DNA of 64,000 bases, from assembly GCA_016212165.1 (NCBI GenBank), contig JACRGY010000104.1:45836-109835 (forward strand), in the 5' to 3' direction. This DNA is from Nitrospirota bacterium. Lineage in GTDB: Bacteria; Nitrospirota; Thermodesulfovibrionia; Thermodesulfovibrionales; UBA1546. Under the pieces are notes generated by a model, which ran no database searches, was not told the origin of the DNA, and saw only the letters and a program-made list of their open reading frames with translations. Made by a program: the position numbers and the translations under genes. Positions 19,071 through 28,778 of the stretch are shown piece by piece (position 1 is the first letter of the stretch; each line of letters opens with the position of its first letter).

Positions 19071-19105
19071 CACGATTAAATATAATGTTGTGGTAGGGTT
19101 TTTTT
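19063..19105 (+). terminator. Riboswitch expression-platform terminator
   Basis: acctttatcacgat...gttgtggtagggt followed by a T run, overlapping the 3' strand of the aptamer. Confidence 0.7.
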
Positions 19106-19121
19106 ATGGAGGGAGTCTTAG

Positions 19122-19574
19122 ATGGAAAATTTGTTGAGTAAAAGCAAGCATTTGATATTGATTGCAGTTGTCGCTTTATTTATTGCATCTGCAGCCGCAT
19201 TTTTGTGGGGAGCGGCAAAGGTTCTTTTCCTTATAATAAATCTTGTTAAAACTTACGGCAAGGATCCATTATCTGCAATAGCTTTCATAGAGGTTATGGA
19301 CACATTTCTTATAGCTGCTGCCCTTCTCATATTTGCGGTCGGGATATATGAACTTTCCATAGAAGCTGTAAGTCTTCCTGAATGGCTTGTAATTAATGAT
19401 CTCCGGGACCTTAAGGCAAAGCTCAGCAGTATTGCAATACTTATTATGGTTTTTACATTTATAAGACATCTTGTAGAATGGAGAGACCCGCAGGGAACAT
19501 ATTACTTTGGCATTGCAGTGGCATTGGTTTCAGCATCGCTTGTAGCATTCAACCATTTTGACCGAAAAAGCTGA
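19122..19574 (+). CDS. YqhA/UPF0114 family membrane protein
   Basis: IEVMDTFLIA...GIYELSI...PEWLVINDLRDLKAKL; about 4 TMs. Confidence 0.85.
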   Translation: MENLLSKSKHLILIAVVALFIASAAAFLWGAAKVLFLIINLVKTYGKDPLSAIAFIEVMDTFLIAAALLIFAVGIYELSIEAVSLPEWLVINDLRDLKAKLSSIAILIMVFTFIRHLVEWRDPQGTYYFGIAVALVSASLVAFNHFDRKS

Positions 19575-19647
19575 AAGGCGTAAGAGCTTTACCAGTGAGA
19601 ATATCAGGTGGAGTAAGCAAGGCCAACTATTGTTAAGGAAAGAGATT

Positions 19648-22344
19648 ATGCTCTGGCATCAGAAAAAAACAGAGGATATATTGGAGCAACTGGTATCTTC
19701 TTCAGTAGGGCTTTCATCCGAAGATGCGCTGAGACGACTCAAGGAATACGGCCCCAATGAATTAAAAGAGAAGAAAAAGAGGCCTGCGCTTATGATGTTC
19801 CTTGACCAATTCAGGGACTTCATGATTCTGGTCCTTATTGCTGCTGCAGTCATATCAGGGATTATCGGCGAGCTCTCAGACACTATTGCGATAGTTGTGA
19901 TTGTTGTCATTAATGCCGCCATTGGATTTATTCAGGAATACAGGGCTGAAAAGGCAATGGCTTCGCTCAGGAAGATGTCTACACCAGTTGCAACAGTTCT
20001 CAGGGACGGAGTCCATACAAACATCTCAGCATCAAAGATTGTGCCGGGAGATATCGTGCTGCTTGATGCAGGAAAGTTTGTGCCGGCAGATATGAGGGTG
20101 TTGGAGACAACACAGCTAAGGATAGAAGAGGCAGCGCTTACAGGAGAATCGGTCCCTGTTGAAAAGCATATCAGGCCGCTCGATGACGGGATGCTCTCGC
20201 TTGGCGACAGAAAGAACATGGCATATAAGGGTACTATGGTTTCTTATGGAAGGGGAAGCGGAATTGTTGTAACTACCGGCATGAATACCGAGCTTGGGAA
20301 GATTGCCACCATGCTTCAGGAAGAGGAGGAGGTAAAGACACCGCTTCAAAAAAGACTTTCGGGATTTGGCCAGAAACTTGCGCTTGCTGTCCTCGGCATA
20401 TGTGCCATTGTTTTCGGAGTTGGAATAATAAGAGGGGAACAGCCTTTGTTAATGTTTCTTACGGCTATTTCTCTGGCGGTTGCAGCAATACCTGAGGCGC
20501 TTCCTGCCGTGGTAACCATCTCCCTTGCCCTTGGCGCTAAAAAATTGGTTAAGCAGAATGCATTAATAAGAAAACTCCCCGCTGTTGAGACCCTCGGCTC
20601 GGTCACATATATATGCTCTGATAAGTCAGGAACACTGACGCAGAACAGGATGAGCGTGGAGGAAATGTATATTGACGGAAGGATTGTAGGGGTAGACCCA
20701 CGTGTCTACCCAAAAGAAAAGGGCGAACACATGGGTTCGCCTCTACAAATATTTTTTACTGCCCTTGCCCTGAACAATGACGCACAGATTGATAAGGGCG
20801 GAAATATTATTGGAGACCCGACAGAAATCGCCCTTTTCGCAATAGCAAGAGAGTATGGATTCAATAAATCAGAGCTTGAAATAAATTTACCCCGCGTCTC
20901 TGAGATTCCGTTCGATTCCGAAAGAAAGTGCATGACGACATTTCATAAGATACATGATGCAGGATTCATGATACAGGATGAAAAAAATAATACATCGGAT
21001 ATCTTGCATCGTGCATCGTTTGTCTCTTTCACCAAAGGCGCTATCGAGGTTCTGATAGATAAATCGGAGAGTATATTAAAAAACGGCGGGATTGCAATGC
21101 TTGACAGGGAAGAGGTTCACAAGGTTAATGAGAGAATGGCTGCTGACGGGCTCAGGGTTCTCGGCATTGCAATGAGAGGCTGGGATGAGCTTCCATCAGA
21201 GATGTCTCATGAGAATGTGGAGAAAGGACTCACAATCATCGGCCTTGCCGGGATAATGGACCCTCCAAGGGAAGAGGCAAAGGAAGCTGTCTTAATGTGC
21301 AGGAGAGCAGGAATAGTGCCGGTGATGATTACAGGCGACCATCCCATCACTGCATGGGCTGTTGCAAGAAGGGTAGGCATTATCGCGGAGGATGACATAC
21401 ATTTCAATACGATAACAGGAAAGGAACTCGAAAAATTATCTTTCAGGGAATTTGAAGACAGGGTTGAAAATATAAAGGTATATGCACGTGTGGCGCCTGA
21501 GCAGAAGCTTAAGATTGTGAAGGCCTTGCAGGATAAGGGGCAGTTCATTGCCATGACAGGGGATGGAGTGAATGACGCTCCTGCATTAAAAAGAGCAGAC
21601 ATAGGCATTGCCATGGGAATCACAGGAACAGATGTGGCAAAAGAGGCAAGCCATATGATACTTCTCGATGATAATTTTGCAACGATTGTGAGGGCAATTA
21701 AAGAAGGAAGGAAGATATATGACAACATCAGGAAATTCATTAAATATCTGCTTACCACCAATTCCGGCGAGATATGGACTCTGTTCCTGGCTCCTTTAAT
21801 CGGGCTTCCGATTCCTTTGCTTCCAATCCATATCCTCTGGATAAATCTGATGACAGACGGCCTGCCTGCACTTGCGCTTTCTGTTGAGCCTGCTGAATCA
21901 GATGTGATGAAAAGGCCTCCCCGGAATCCCAAAGAAAGCGTGTTTGCCCATGGATTGGGTTATCACGCAATATGGGTTGGGCTTTTAATGGCAGGTATAG
22001 TTTTGTTTGTTCAGTCATGGGCTGTTAAGACAGGAAATTCGCATTGGCAGACAATGGTATTTACAGTTTTGTGCCTTACACAGCTTGGCCATGTGCTTGC
22101 AATAAGGTCAGAAAAAGAATCACTCTTTAAAATAGGACTATTCTCTAACAAGCCTCTGTTGGGTGCTGTGCTGATAAGTTTTGGTTTCCAGATGGCAACA
22201 ATATATATCCCTTTTTTAAATCAGATATTTAAAACGCAGCCATTGAGTTTTAATGAATTGATGTTTACAATAGCTGCGTCATCTATTGTTTTCTTTGCGG
22301 TGGAAGGGGAGAAGTTCTTCAAACGCAGATTAGTAAAAGCTTAG
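19648..22344 (+). CDS. P2A-type cation-transporting P-type ATPase (Ca2+/Mn2+)
   Basis: TGES, AIPEAL, DKSGTLT (variant of DKTGTLT), KGA, MITGD, MTGDGVNDAPAL, WINLMTDG; ATG at 19648. Confidence 0.93.
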   Translation: MLWHQKKTEDILEQLVSSSVGLSSEDALRRLKEYGPNELKEKKKRPALMMFLDQFRDFMILVLIAAAVISGIIGELSDTIAIVVIVVINAAIGFIQEYRAEKAMASLRKMSTPVATVLRDGVHTNISASKIVPGDIVLLDAGKFVPADMRVLETTQLRIEEAALTGESVPVEKHIRPLDDGMLSLGDRKNMAYKGTMVSYGRGSGIVVTTGMNTELGKIATMLQEEEEVKTPLQKRLSGFGQKLALAVLGICAIVFGVGIIRGEQPLLMFLTAISLAVAAIPEALPAVVTISLALGAKKLVKQNALIRKLPAVETLGSVTYICSDKSGTLTQNRMSVEEMYIDGRIVGVDPRVYPKEKGEHMGSPLQIFFTALALNNDAQIDKGGNIIGDPTEIALFAIAREYGFNKSELEINLPRVSEIPFDSERKCMTTFHKIHDAGFMIQDEKNNTSDILHRASFVSFTKGAIEVLIDKSESILKNGGIAMLDREEVHKVNERMAADGLRVLGIAMRGWDELPSEMSHENVEKGLTIIGLAGIMDPPREEAKEAVLMCRRAGIVPVMITGDHPITAWAVARRVGIIAEDDIHFNTITGKELEKLSFREFEDRVENIKVYARVAPEQKLKIVKALQDKGQFIAMTGDGVNDAPALKRADIGIAMGITGTDVAKEASHMILLDDNFATIVRAIKEGRKIYDNIRKFIKYLLTTNSGEIWTLFLAPLIGLPIPLLPIHILWINLMTDGLPALALSVEPAESDVMKRPPRNPKESVFAHGLGYHAIWVGLLMAGIVLFVQSWAVKTGNSHWQTMVFTVLCLTQLGHVLAIRSEKESLFKIGLFSNKPLLGAVLISFGFQMATIYIPFLNQIFKTQPLSFNELMFTIAASSIVFFAVEGEKFFKRRLVKA
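20685..20747. repeat. GTAG-footed REP doublet (REPIN-like), 63 bp, in frame inside the ATPase
   Basis: gtaggggtagacccacgtgtctaccc-aaaagaaaa-gggcgaacacatgggttcgcctctac. Confidence 0.8.
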
Positions 22345-22382
22345 ATACCTTTTGGAATGCCTTGCAAGCAAGGAGGGGTAAC

Positions 22383-24812
22383 ATGTCTGCTAAGTTCAAA
22401 ATCTTAATTTTATTTTGTGCTATTTTTCTTGCCTCGTGCATGCCAACAAGCATCATACCAACAACAACACCAAAGATTAATCTGAAAAGTGGAGATATGA
22501 CTATGGAACTGACACAACCCGCATACAGAGTCTTTTCAACAGATTTTTCATCTGATGGGCGATATGTTTTGGCAGGAGATGTCGGTGAGGTTTTCAGGCT
22601 TTGGGATATTGAAATGGGGACAATGATAAGAAAATTTACCGGACATCCTGTCTCCTATCGGGGTGGTGGTATTGTTGCGGCTTTTTCTCCAGACGGTAAG
22701 TATGCCCTGTCTGCTGGAAAGGGTCTCAAGCTATGGGATTTATCTACTGGAAAAGAAATAAGGACTTTTGGGGATAAGCAAGTTGATGCTATTGCTTTTT
22801 CCCATGACGGAAAACATGCCCTATCCGGAGAAATGAACCCGATGTATCCTCTTTCTCGTCGTCCGGGGCACGTCGCACTTTGGGATGTCGAAAAAGGGAA
22901 AGAAATATGGTCAATTCCTGTAACAGCTTGGTCGGTCGCTGTTTCCCCTGACGGCAGATATGCTTTAACAGGCGGATTTGGTATAAAAATGCTTCTATTG
23001 GATATTTCAACGGGCAAAGTGATAAAGGAATTCAATATAAACGATGCTTTATCCGTAAACTTTTCTTCTGATGGTAGATATGCCTTGTCAGGAGGCCTTG
23101 ATGGTGTAATCAAAGTTTGGGACCTACTTACCGGGGCGCAGATAAAAGCGTTCAAAGGACATACCGGAGGGAACGGAATATTTTCTGTAGCTTTTTCCCC
23201 TGACGGCAAATATGCCTTATCAGGAGGCGGCTCTGATGGACTTGTAAAACTTTGGGATATTTCTTCCGGAACAGAGGTAAGAGTATTTCAAGGGCATTCA
23301 CCCGATTTTATAGTGGCGGTTACATCCGTAAAATTTTTGCCTAACGGTAGATATATACTCACAGGGGGAGATTCTTCGGTAAGGCTATGGGACATCTCCA
23401 CAGGCAGAGAGATTGCAATGATGGTTACCTTCGAAAATGGCGAATGGATTGCTATAACAAGTGATGGCTATTACAACTCATCCGAAAAAGGCGCCCAATA
23501 TCTCAGCGTTAAAGTAGGCGAGACTTCTTACAGTGTTGACAGTTTTTATGATGTCTTTTACCGTCCCGATATAGTAGCGGCTAAACTAAGAGGAGAAGAT
23601 ATTAAGGACTTAATAACAATAACCATGAAAGACGCGATAAAGAGCCCTCCTCCTGGTGTAGAGATAAACCCAATCACAGCATCTCCAGCATCTCCGAAGG
23701 CAAAGGTCTGCTATAACGTAAAAAGCACCGGCGGAGGGATTGGAGAAGTCAGATTATTCCATAACGGCAAACTCATAGAATCAGACGGATACTATAAAGA
23801 CATGGCTAAGACAACATCAGACAAAACCCAGTTAATCGCTATGAACAGCAAGGCAATCTACGAAGACATGAGAAGCGTAAAGATAAAAGAAAAAGGAATA
23901 GAGACAGGCACAACCACAACCAAATCAAAAGGAGAAGTCTTTAATGACTGTAAGGAAATAGATGCAATATCAGGAGAAAACGAGATAAGCATAACAGCCT
24001 TTAATAAAGACAACACAGTGCAGGGCTACATGCAGACAGCAAAATTTAACTCAACAGTCAAACAGGAAGATTCACATCTTTACATCCTTTCAATAGGCAT
24101 AGACCAATATAAAGACGATACAATCAACCTTAAATACGCAGTCAAAGACTCAAAAGACATAGAAGAAAAGATTCTAAAACAAGCATCTACACTATACAAA
24201 CCAGAAAACATCCACTACGAACTACTTACAGATAACAATGCCACAAAGACAAACATTACAAATAAAATCACTGAACTGTCGAAGAAGATAAAACCAACAG
24301 ACAGCTTTATCCTCTTTGTGGCAGGGCACGGAGTGCTTCTTCAAAACCAGTACTACATGCTTACATCCGAGTATGATGGAAAGGTAAATGAAGATAGCCT
24401 CATAAGCTCAAACGAAATAGTAGAGATATCAAAGAAGATAAAGTCGTTAAGCCAGCTATTCATATTTGACACCTGCCATGCAGGAGGAGTTGATACGATA
24501 GTAAGCGGTCTATACGATGCAAGGATGTCAGTATTGGCAAAGAAGATGGGATTACATATATATGCCTCAGCTAATTCGAAACAAGCTGCAATGGACGGAT
24601 ATCAGGGAAACGGCCTCTTTACATACACACTTCTTGACGGACTAAACGACAAAAAAGAGGCAGATAAAAACAAAGACAGCAAAATCAGCCTTGTAGAACT
24701 CGGTGAATATTCAAAGCAGACAACAACAGACTTATCGAAAAAAATAGGGCACCAGCAGACGCCCTTGATAATAAATTTTGGAAAAGATAATACTGTATAT
24801 AATTTAAGGTAA
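22383..24812 (+). CDS. Lipoprotein with WD40 beta-propeller and C-terminal caspase-like (peptidase C14) domain
   Basis: Lipobox LASC; about 7 WD repeats ([11 protein letters not shown]...LWD); catalytic dyad contexts AGHG and DTCHAG. Confidence 0.9.
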   Translation: MSAKFKILILFCAIFLASCMPTSIIPTTTPKINLKSGDMTMELTQPAYRVFSTDFSSDGRYVLAGDVGEVFRLWDIEMGTMIRKFTGHPVSYRGGGIVAAFSPDGKYALSAGKGLKLWDLSTGKEIRTFGDKQVDAIAFSHDGKHALSGEMNPMYPLSRRPGHVALWDVEKGKEIWSIPVTAWSVAVSPDGRYALTGGFGIKMLLLDISTGKVIKEFNINDALSVNFSSDGRYALSGGLDGVIKVWDLLTGAQIKAFKGHTGGNGIFSVAFSPDGKYALSGGGSDGLVKLWDISSGTEVRVFQGHSPDFIVAVTSVKFLPNGRYILTGGDSSVRLWDISTGREIAMMVTFENGEWIAITSDGYYNSSEKGAQYLSVKVGETSYSVDSFYDVFYRPDIVAAKLRGEDIKDLITITMKDAIKSPPPGVEINPITASPASPKAKVCYNVKSTGGGIGEVRLFHNGKLIESDGYYKDMAKTTSDKTQLIAMNSKAIYEDMRSVKIKEKGIETGTTTTKSKGEVFNDCKEIDAISGENEISITAFNKDNTVQGYMQTAKFNSTVKQEDSHLYILSIGIDQYKDDTINLKYAVKDSKDIEEKILKQASTLYKPENIHYELLTDNNATKTNITNKITELSKKIKPTDSFILFVAGHGVLLQNQYYMLTSEYDGKVNEDSLISSNEIVEISKKIKSLSQLFIFDTCHAGGVDTIVSGLYDARMSVLAKKMGLHIYASANSKQAAMDGYQGNGLFTYTLLDGLNDKKEADKNKDSKISLVELGEYSKQTTTDLSKKIGHQQTPLIINFGKDNTVYNLR

Positions 24813-24844
24813 AATATAGGCTCAATAAAGTTTATGCGGAGGCA

Positions 24845-25726
24845 ATGATGGCGGAAGTGATACTGGAGACAAATTTAAAGGATGTTAAATTTCTCAGGCG
24901 CGGGAAAGTGCGTGATGTCTATGAGATAGATGATTACCTTCTGATAATTGCAACTGACAGGGTCTCTGCATTCGATGTGGTATTGCCGAACGGGATTGCA
25001 GGAAAGGGAAGGGTCTTAACACAGATATCGCTTTACTGGTTCAATCAGATGAGGGATATTATCGAAAACCATATAGTGGCAACTGAAGTGAAAGATTATC
25101 CGTCAGCGCTCCATAAATATAAGGATATTTTAGAAGGCAGGAGCATGTTGGTAAAAAAGGCAAAGCCGATGCCTGTTGAATGCGTTGTAAGGGGATATCT
25201 TTCAGGCTCAGGATGGAAGGAATACAAAAAATCAGGCACAGTCTGCGGCATAAAACTTCCCGCAGGGCTTGTTGAGTCATCAAGGCTTGATGAGCCTATA
25301 TTCACTCCGAGCACTAAAGCAGAGGTTGGGCATGATATAAATATAACTTTTGAAGAAACGAAAAAAATTGTCGGAGACGATGCTGCAAATAAACTCAGGG
25401 ATTCAAGCCTTAAGATTTATAAAAAGGCAAGAGAGCTTGCTGAGAAGAAGGGGATAATAATAGCTGATACTAAGATGGAATTCGGTCTTTTTAATGATAG
25501 GCTTATTCTTATAGATGAAATTCTCACTCCTGATTCATCAAGGTTCTGGTCTATGAAGGGCTATAAACCCGGCAAAGGCCAGGACAGCTTTGACAAGCAG
25601 ATTGTCCGCGATTACCTCTTAACTCTTGATTGGAACCAGACATATCCCGGCCCGAAACTTCCGGATGAGATTATTGAAAAGACCGCTGCGAGGTACAGGG
25701 AGATATTGGGGATATTGACAGGGTAA
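24845..25726 (+). CDS. purC: SAICAR synthase
   Basis: Motifs [46 protein letters not shown]. Confidence 0.97.
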   Translation: MMAEVILETNLKDVKFLRRGKVRDVYEIDDYLLIIATDRVSAFDVVLPNGIAGKGRVLTQISLYWFNQMRDIIENHIVATEVKDYPSALHKYKDILEGRSMLVKKAKPMPVECVVRGYLSGSGWKEYKKSGTVCGIKLPAGLVESSRLDEPIFTPSTKAEVGHDINITFEETKKIVGDDAANKLRDSSLKIYKKARELAEKKGIIIADTKMEFGLFNDRLILIDEILTPDSSRFWSMKGYKPGKGQDSFDKQIVRDYLLTLDWNQTYPGPKLPDEIIEKTAARYREILGILTG

Positions 25727-25799
25727 AGGGTTTGGTTCGGCTATTGGTGGCAGTGCAAAAGAAACCCTAATGGTTTGGACGAAAGTCTTTTGCTCCATC

Positions 25800-26525
25800 T
25801 TATACGCAGCGTTTCTGTTTCTCTATTTCCTTTAATGGATGCCATTCATACGCTGGCTTCATACGACGACGTATGAATTTATAAAATACTTCAGTTCCTT
25901 TAGGGTCAATAATATCGGCATTCATATTATAAATATCGACGACTTTCTCAAAGTGCCATCTAACCATTTCGCCGTATTTGTTAAGATAAGGGTCATTATA
26001 TTTTTTGAAGTCCTTGATTAACCTTTTTTTGGCATCCTTGCAGTCAACTGCTCTTATAATAACTATACGTTCTTCAACTTTTTGAAACCCTTTGATTTGG
26101 CCTTCTATCTGGATTGCAAAATGTGCTTTTACTGCAAACCATAATTTTCCCTTTCTTATTTTTCGTTTTCTCATCCTTTCAATTTCTTCTATCCAAATAT
26201 CCTGTAGAAAGTTTTTATTTACAAACTTTCTTATATCAGTAGCTCTTAAGTGACCGGAAATACCACCCGGTTTCTTTTTTGAGCCAATGACTGTATAGTC
26301 CTTTGAAGGCCAAATATCTTTTAATTTATTAAACAGTCTTTTTTCTGCTTCATTTAATTTCTTTTTCCTTATTTCAGGAGTAAAGGGAAATAAGGGTTTG
26401 CGATTAATATAGGCGATATGCGCTCTCAGTTTTACTGTCCGGTCTTTAAAAGATACTAATTTTTTTAAGGACAAACCGTAGTCATCAAGTCCATAAATTG
26501 TTGGCTTAATAATTTTTTTCTTCAT
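25800..26525 (-). CDS. Hypothetical protein with C-terminal DUF4288-like domain
   Basis: WFAVK...EERIVIIRA...A...Y.N..GEMV.W.F..VVDIY; AT-rich and very basic. Confidence 0.65.
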   Translation of the reverse strand: MKKKIIKPTIYGLDDYGLSLKKLVSFKDRTVKLRAHIAYINRKPLFPFTPEIRKKKLNEAEKRLFNKLKDIWPSKDYTVIGSKKKPGGISGHLRATDIRKFVNKNFLQDIWIEEIERMRKRKIRKGKLWFAVKAHFAIQIEGQIKGFQKVEERIVIIRAVDCKDAKKRLIKDFKKYNDPYLNKYGEMVRWHFEKVVDIYNMNADIIDPKGTEVFYKFIRRRMKPAYEWHPLKEIEKQKRCV

Positions 26526-26706
26526 TTTCTTTTAAACGTGGTGAGTAGCGTTTGGTATAGACTAAATCGAGTTTGTCTATCACCCCTAAAACAGTATAAA
26601 AATCGCACTTTTCTCCTCATATTTTCTGAACTATACACTTTCCATGCGGGGTTTTCCAGTGGGAGATGAAGGAAAGGAGGTTTTGAGGCGTTCATCCGAA
26701 GAGAGG

Positions 26707-26922
26707 TTACATCTTTATCGGCTCAAACACATGCTCTACCTTATAACTTACAACCTTTTTCCTGATTGTTTTTTCTTTGTGCTTAGTCGGCATGTCTTTG
26801 TCTATGAAATCAAGCTCGGCTCCGTCTGCTATGGTATTTAGAATATCAGGATGTTCGATTAGATGCCTTACAAAATCTAATGTCATACCGATATTTCTTT
26901 CAGCATATTCTTTTTTTGTCAT
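26707..26922 (-). CDS. Small hypothetical protein (DUF5647-like, putative antitoxin)
   Basis: NIGMTLDFVRHLIEHPDILNTI.DGAEL; TAATG coupling to the upstream gene. Confidence 0.6.
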   Translation of the reverse strand: MTKKEYAERNIGMTLDFVRHLIEHPDILNTIADGAELDFIDKDMPTKHKEKTIRKKVVSYKVEHVFEPIKM

Positions 26923-27239
26923 TATTTCGTCCCCTTTCTAAATTTTTCTTTATACCATTCCCATCTGTCTTTTATATCCTGTTCTGCATACGTCAATGCA
27001 TCGTTGAGATTCTTTATAGGAATTGGCTGCTTAATTTTTTCTCCTTTCGGATTCAGAATGTCCCTATGGAAAAACCCATGTGAACAGTCATATCTCACAA
27101 TGGGATACCACCTGTCCTTTATTTTTGACTCGTACTGAATAACAACATCTGTTACTCTGCCTCTTTCAGTAATGATTTTTATCCTTAATCTGTCAGTTCC
27201 ATCAGGTACCAGTATTTTTGTAAATTCCTTGCTGCCCAT
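26922..27239 (-). CDS. Small hypothetical protein with RYDxxHGxxHxD motif (putative toxin)
   Basis: VVIQYE....W.PIVRYDCSHGFFHRD; coupled two-gene unit. Confidence 0.6.
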   Translation of the reverse strand: MGSKEFTKILVPDGTDRLRIKIITERGRVTDVVIQYESKIKDRWYPIVRYDCSHGFFHRDILNPKGEKIKQPIPIKNLNDALTYAEQDIKDRWEWYKEKFRKGTK

Positions 27240-27346
27240 GTTTTCTTAATTATAGCAAAATTAATCAGATTTTAATTTTTTTAGATAGGTTGATTGAAAA
27301 ATTCAGACAGGGTTTTCGAGTGGGGGATGCAGAAAAATCTCTTAAT

Positions 27347-28093
27347 TCATTTCCCTTTTAATTTTGAACGAATCATGCCGATGTATTTGTTTATCGGGTT
27401 GCCTCGTGAAAGAAACGGCAGCGGTGGATTTTTCCTTGTGCCGAGTTTCTTTAATTCCCAGAGCAGGTCATGGTTTTTTTTAGCAAAGGTTAATCCATTA
27501 TTGAAGGCCTCGATAGCCTGTTCTTTCTGCCCGCCGGCAAGATATGCCCTTCCAAGATTCAGGTAAAACGTGGCATGAACGGATTTTTCAGTTGCGGCGT
27601 CAAGTTTTCCTAAAGCCTTTTGGCATAGTTCTATCCCCTTGTCAAATTTTTTTTCAACAACAGCAGTTAAAGAGCCATAATAAGACATAATAAACAGGTC
27701 TTCAGGAAATTCCCCGAACCCCTCTTTTAATATTCTTAGCGCTTGTCTGTTGTTACCGCTTCTGAGTAATTTTTTTACGGTATCAAAATATTCTGCCTTT
27801 TGCTTTTCTCTTTCAATATTTCCTGTGAACGCTTCTATGGCGCTTTTGTGCTGGGTTTCCATCATGCCATGCAGCTTTTCATTATAATCTTCTGCATTCA
27901 GGATATCTGAATAATCGGTCTTTTTCGAATAAACAATTTCGCCTTTGTAGTAGATATGAGTTGTGATCTCAGGATTTTTTCTGTCTCCTTGCTCTGTTTG
28001 GATGTGATAGGTTTTTCCGTCTGCGGTGATGTTTATATTGAACCCCTCCGGGATATTTACTGTAATATGAACCTTTTCAGCTCTTTTCGCCAT
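27347..28093 (-). CDS. TPR-containing protein
   Basis: N-terminal GFNINI...YHIQTE domain, TPR helices (FYLNLGRAYL), C-terminal LPFLSRGNPINKYIG. Confidence 0.75.
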   Translation of the reverse strand: MAKRAEKVHITVNIPEGFNINITADGKTYHIQTEQGDRKNPEITTHIYYKGEIVYSKKTDYSDILNAEDYNEKLHGMMETQHKSAIEAFTGNIEREKQKAEYFDTVKKLLRSGNNRQALRILKEGFGEFPEDLFIMSYYGSLTAVVEKKFDKGIELCQKALGKLDAATEKSVHATFYLNLGRAYLAGGQKEQAIEAFNNGLTFAKKNHDLLWELKKLGTRKNPPLPFLSRGNPINKYIGMIRSKLKGK

Positions 28094-28166
28094 ACCTCAT
28101 AATATTACAAAAAATTGTTATTTAATCAAGTTGAAACCAAAAAGAGTCTTTGTTATAATCTTCCGA

Positions 28167-28736
28167 ATGGAAAGAAAAGTAGTATATTTTGAAAAGGCCG
28201 GCAGGGAAAACACAGCTGCATGTCTTGATGTTGTCAAACAAGCAATAAAAAATAGCGGCTACAGGCACCTTGTTGTTGCAACAACAGGAGGAGATAACGG
28301 GCTTCTGTTTTCGGAAGCTGTAAAGTCCTCCGGGATTAATCTGGTTGTTGTGACCCACTCTTCGGGCTTTAAAGAAGCTAATACCTTTGAGATGCCTGAT
28401 AATGTCAGGGAAAAGATAAAGGCGCACGGCGCAAGGATATATACAGGCACTATACTTACCCATTCATTGGAGACATCGCTTGCTTCCAAATTCAACGGTA
28501 TTTATCCTGCAATGATTATTGCGCAGGCCTTAAGAAGGTTTGGCGAGGGAGCAAAGGTATGCTGTGAGATTGTGATGATGGCTGTTGACGCGGGCCTTAT
28601 TCCTGAAGGAGAAGAAGTCCTTGCATCTGCAGGCACAGGAAGGGGCGCTGACACAGTGCTGGTTATCAGGTCTGCGGCATCAAAGAGGTTCCTTGAACTT
28701 AAGGTTCTTGAGATACTTGCAAAGCCAAGGGCATAA
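28167..28736 (+). CDS. Stand-alone pyruvate kinase alpha/beta-domain-like protein
   Basis: YFEKAGRENT, VVATTGG, VVVTH, GEGAKVCCEI..MAVDAG, GTGRGADT. Confidence 0.8.
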   Translation: MERKVVYFEKAGRENTAACLDVVKQAIKNSGYRHLVVATTGGDNGLLFSEAVKSSGINLVVVTHSSGFKEANTFEMPDNVREKIKAHGARIYTGTILTHSLETSLASKFNGIYPAMIIAQALRRFGEGAKVCCEIVMMAVDAGLIPEGEEVLASAGTGRGADTVLVIRSAASKRFLELKVLEILAKPRA

Positions 28737-28778
28737 TTCCTGCTTGTAAATAGTAAAGTCCATTTTTTAAAATAATTC

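Noticed and set aside
22383-24812. Diversity-generating retroelement acting on the WD40-caspase gene
   Set aside because: No reverse transcriptase and no template/variable repeat pair differing at adenines in the window.
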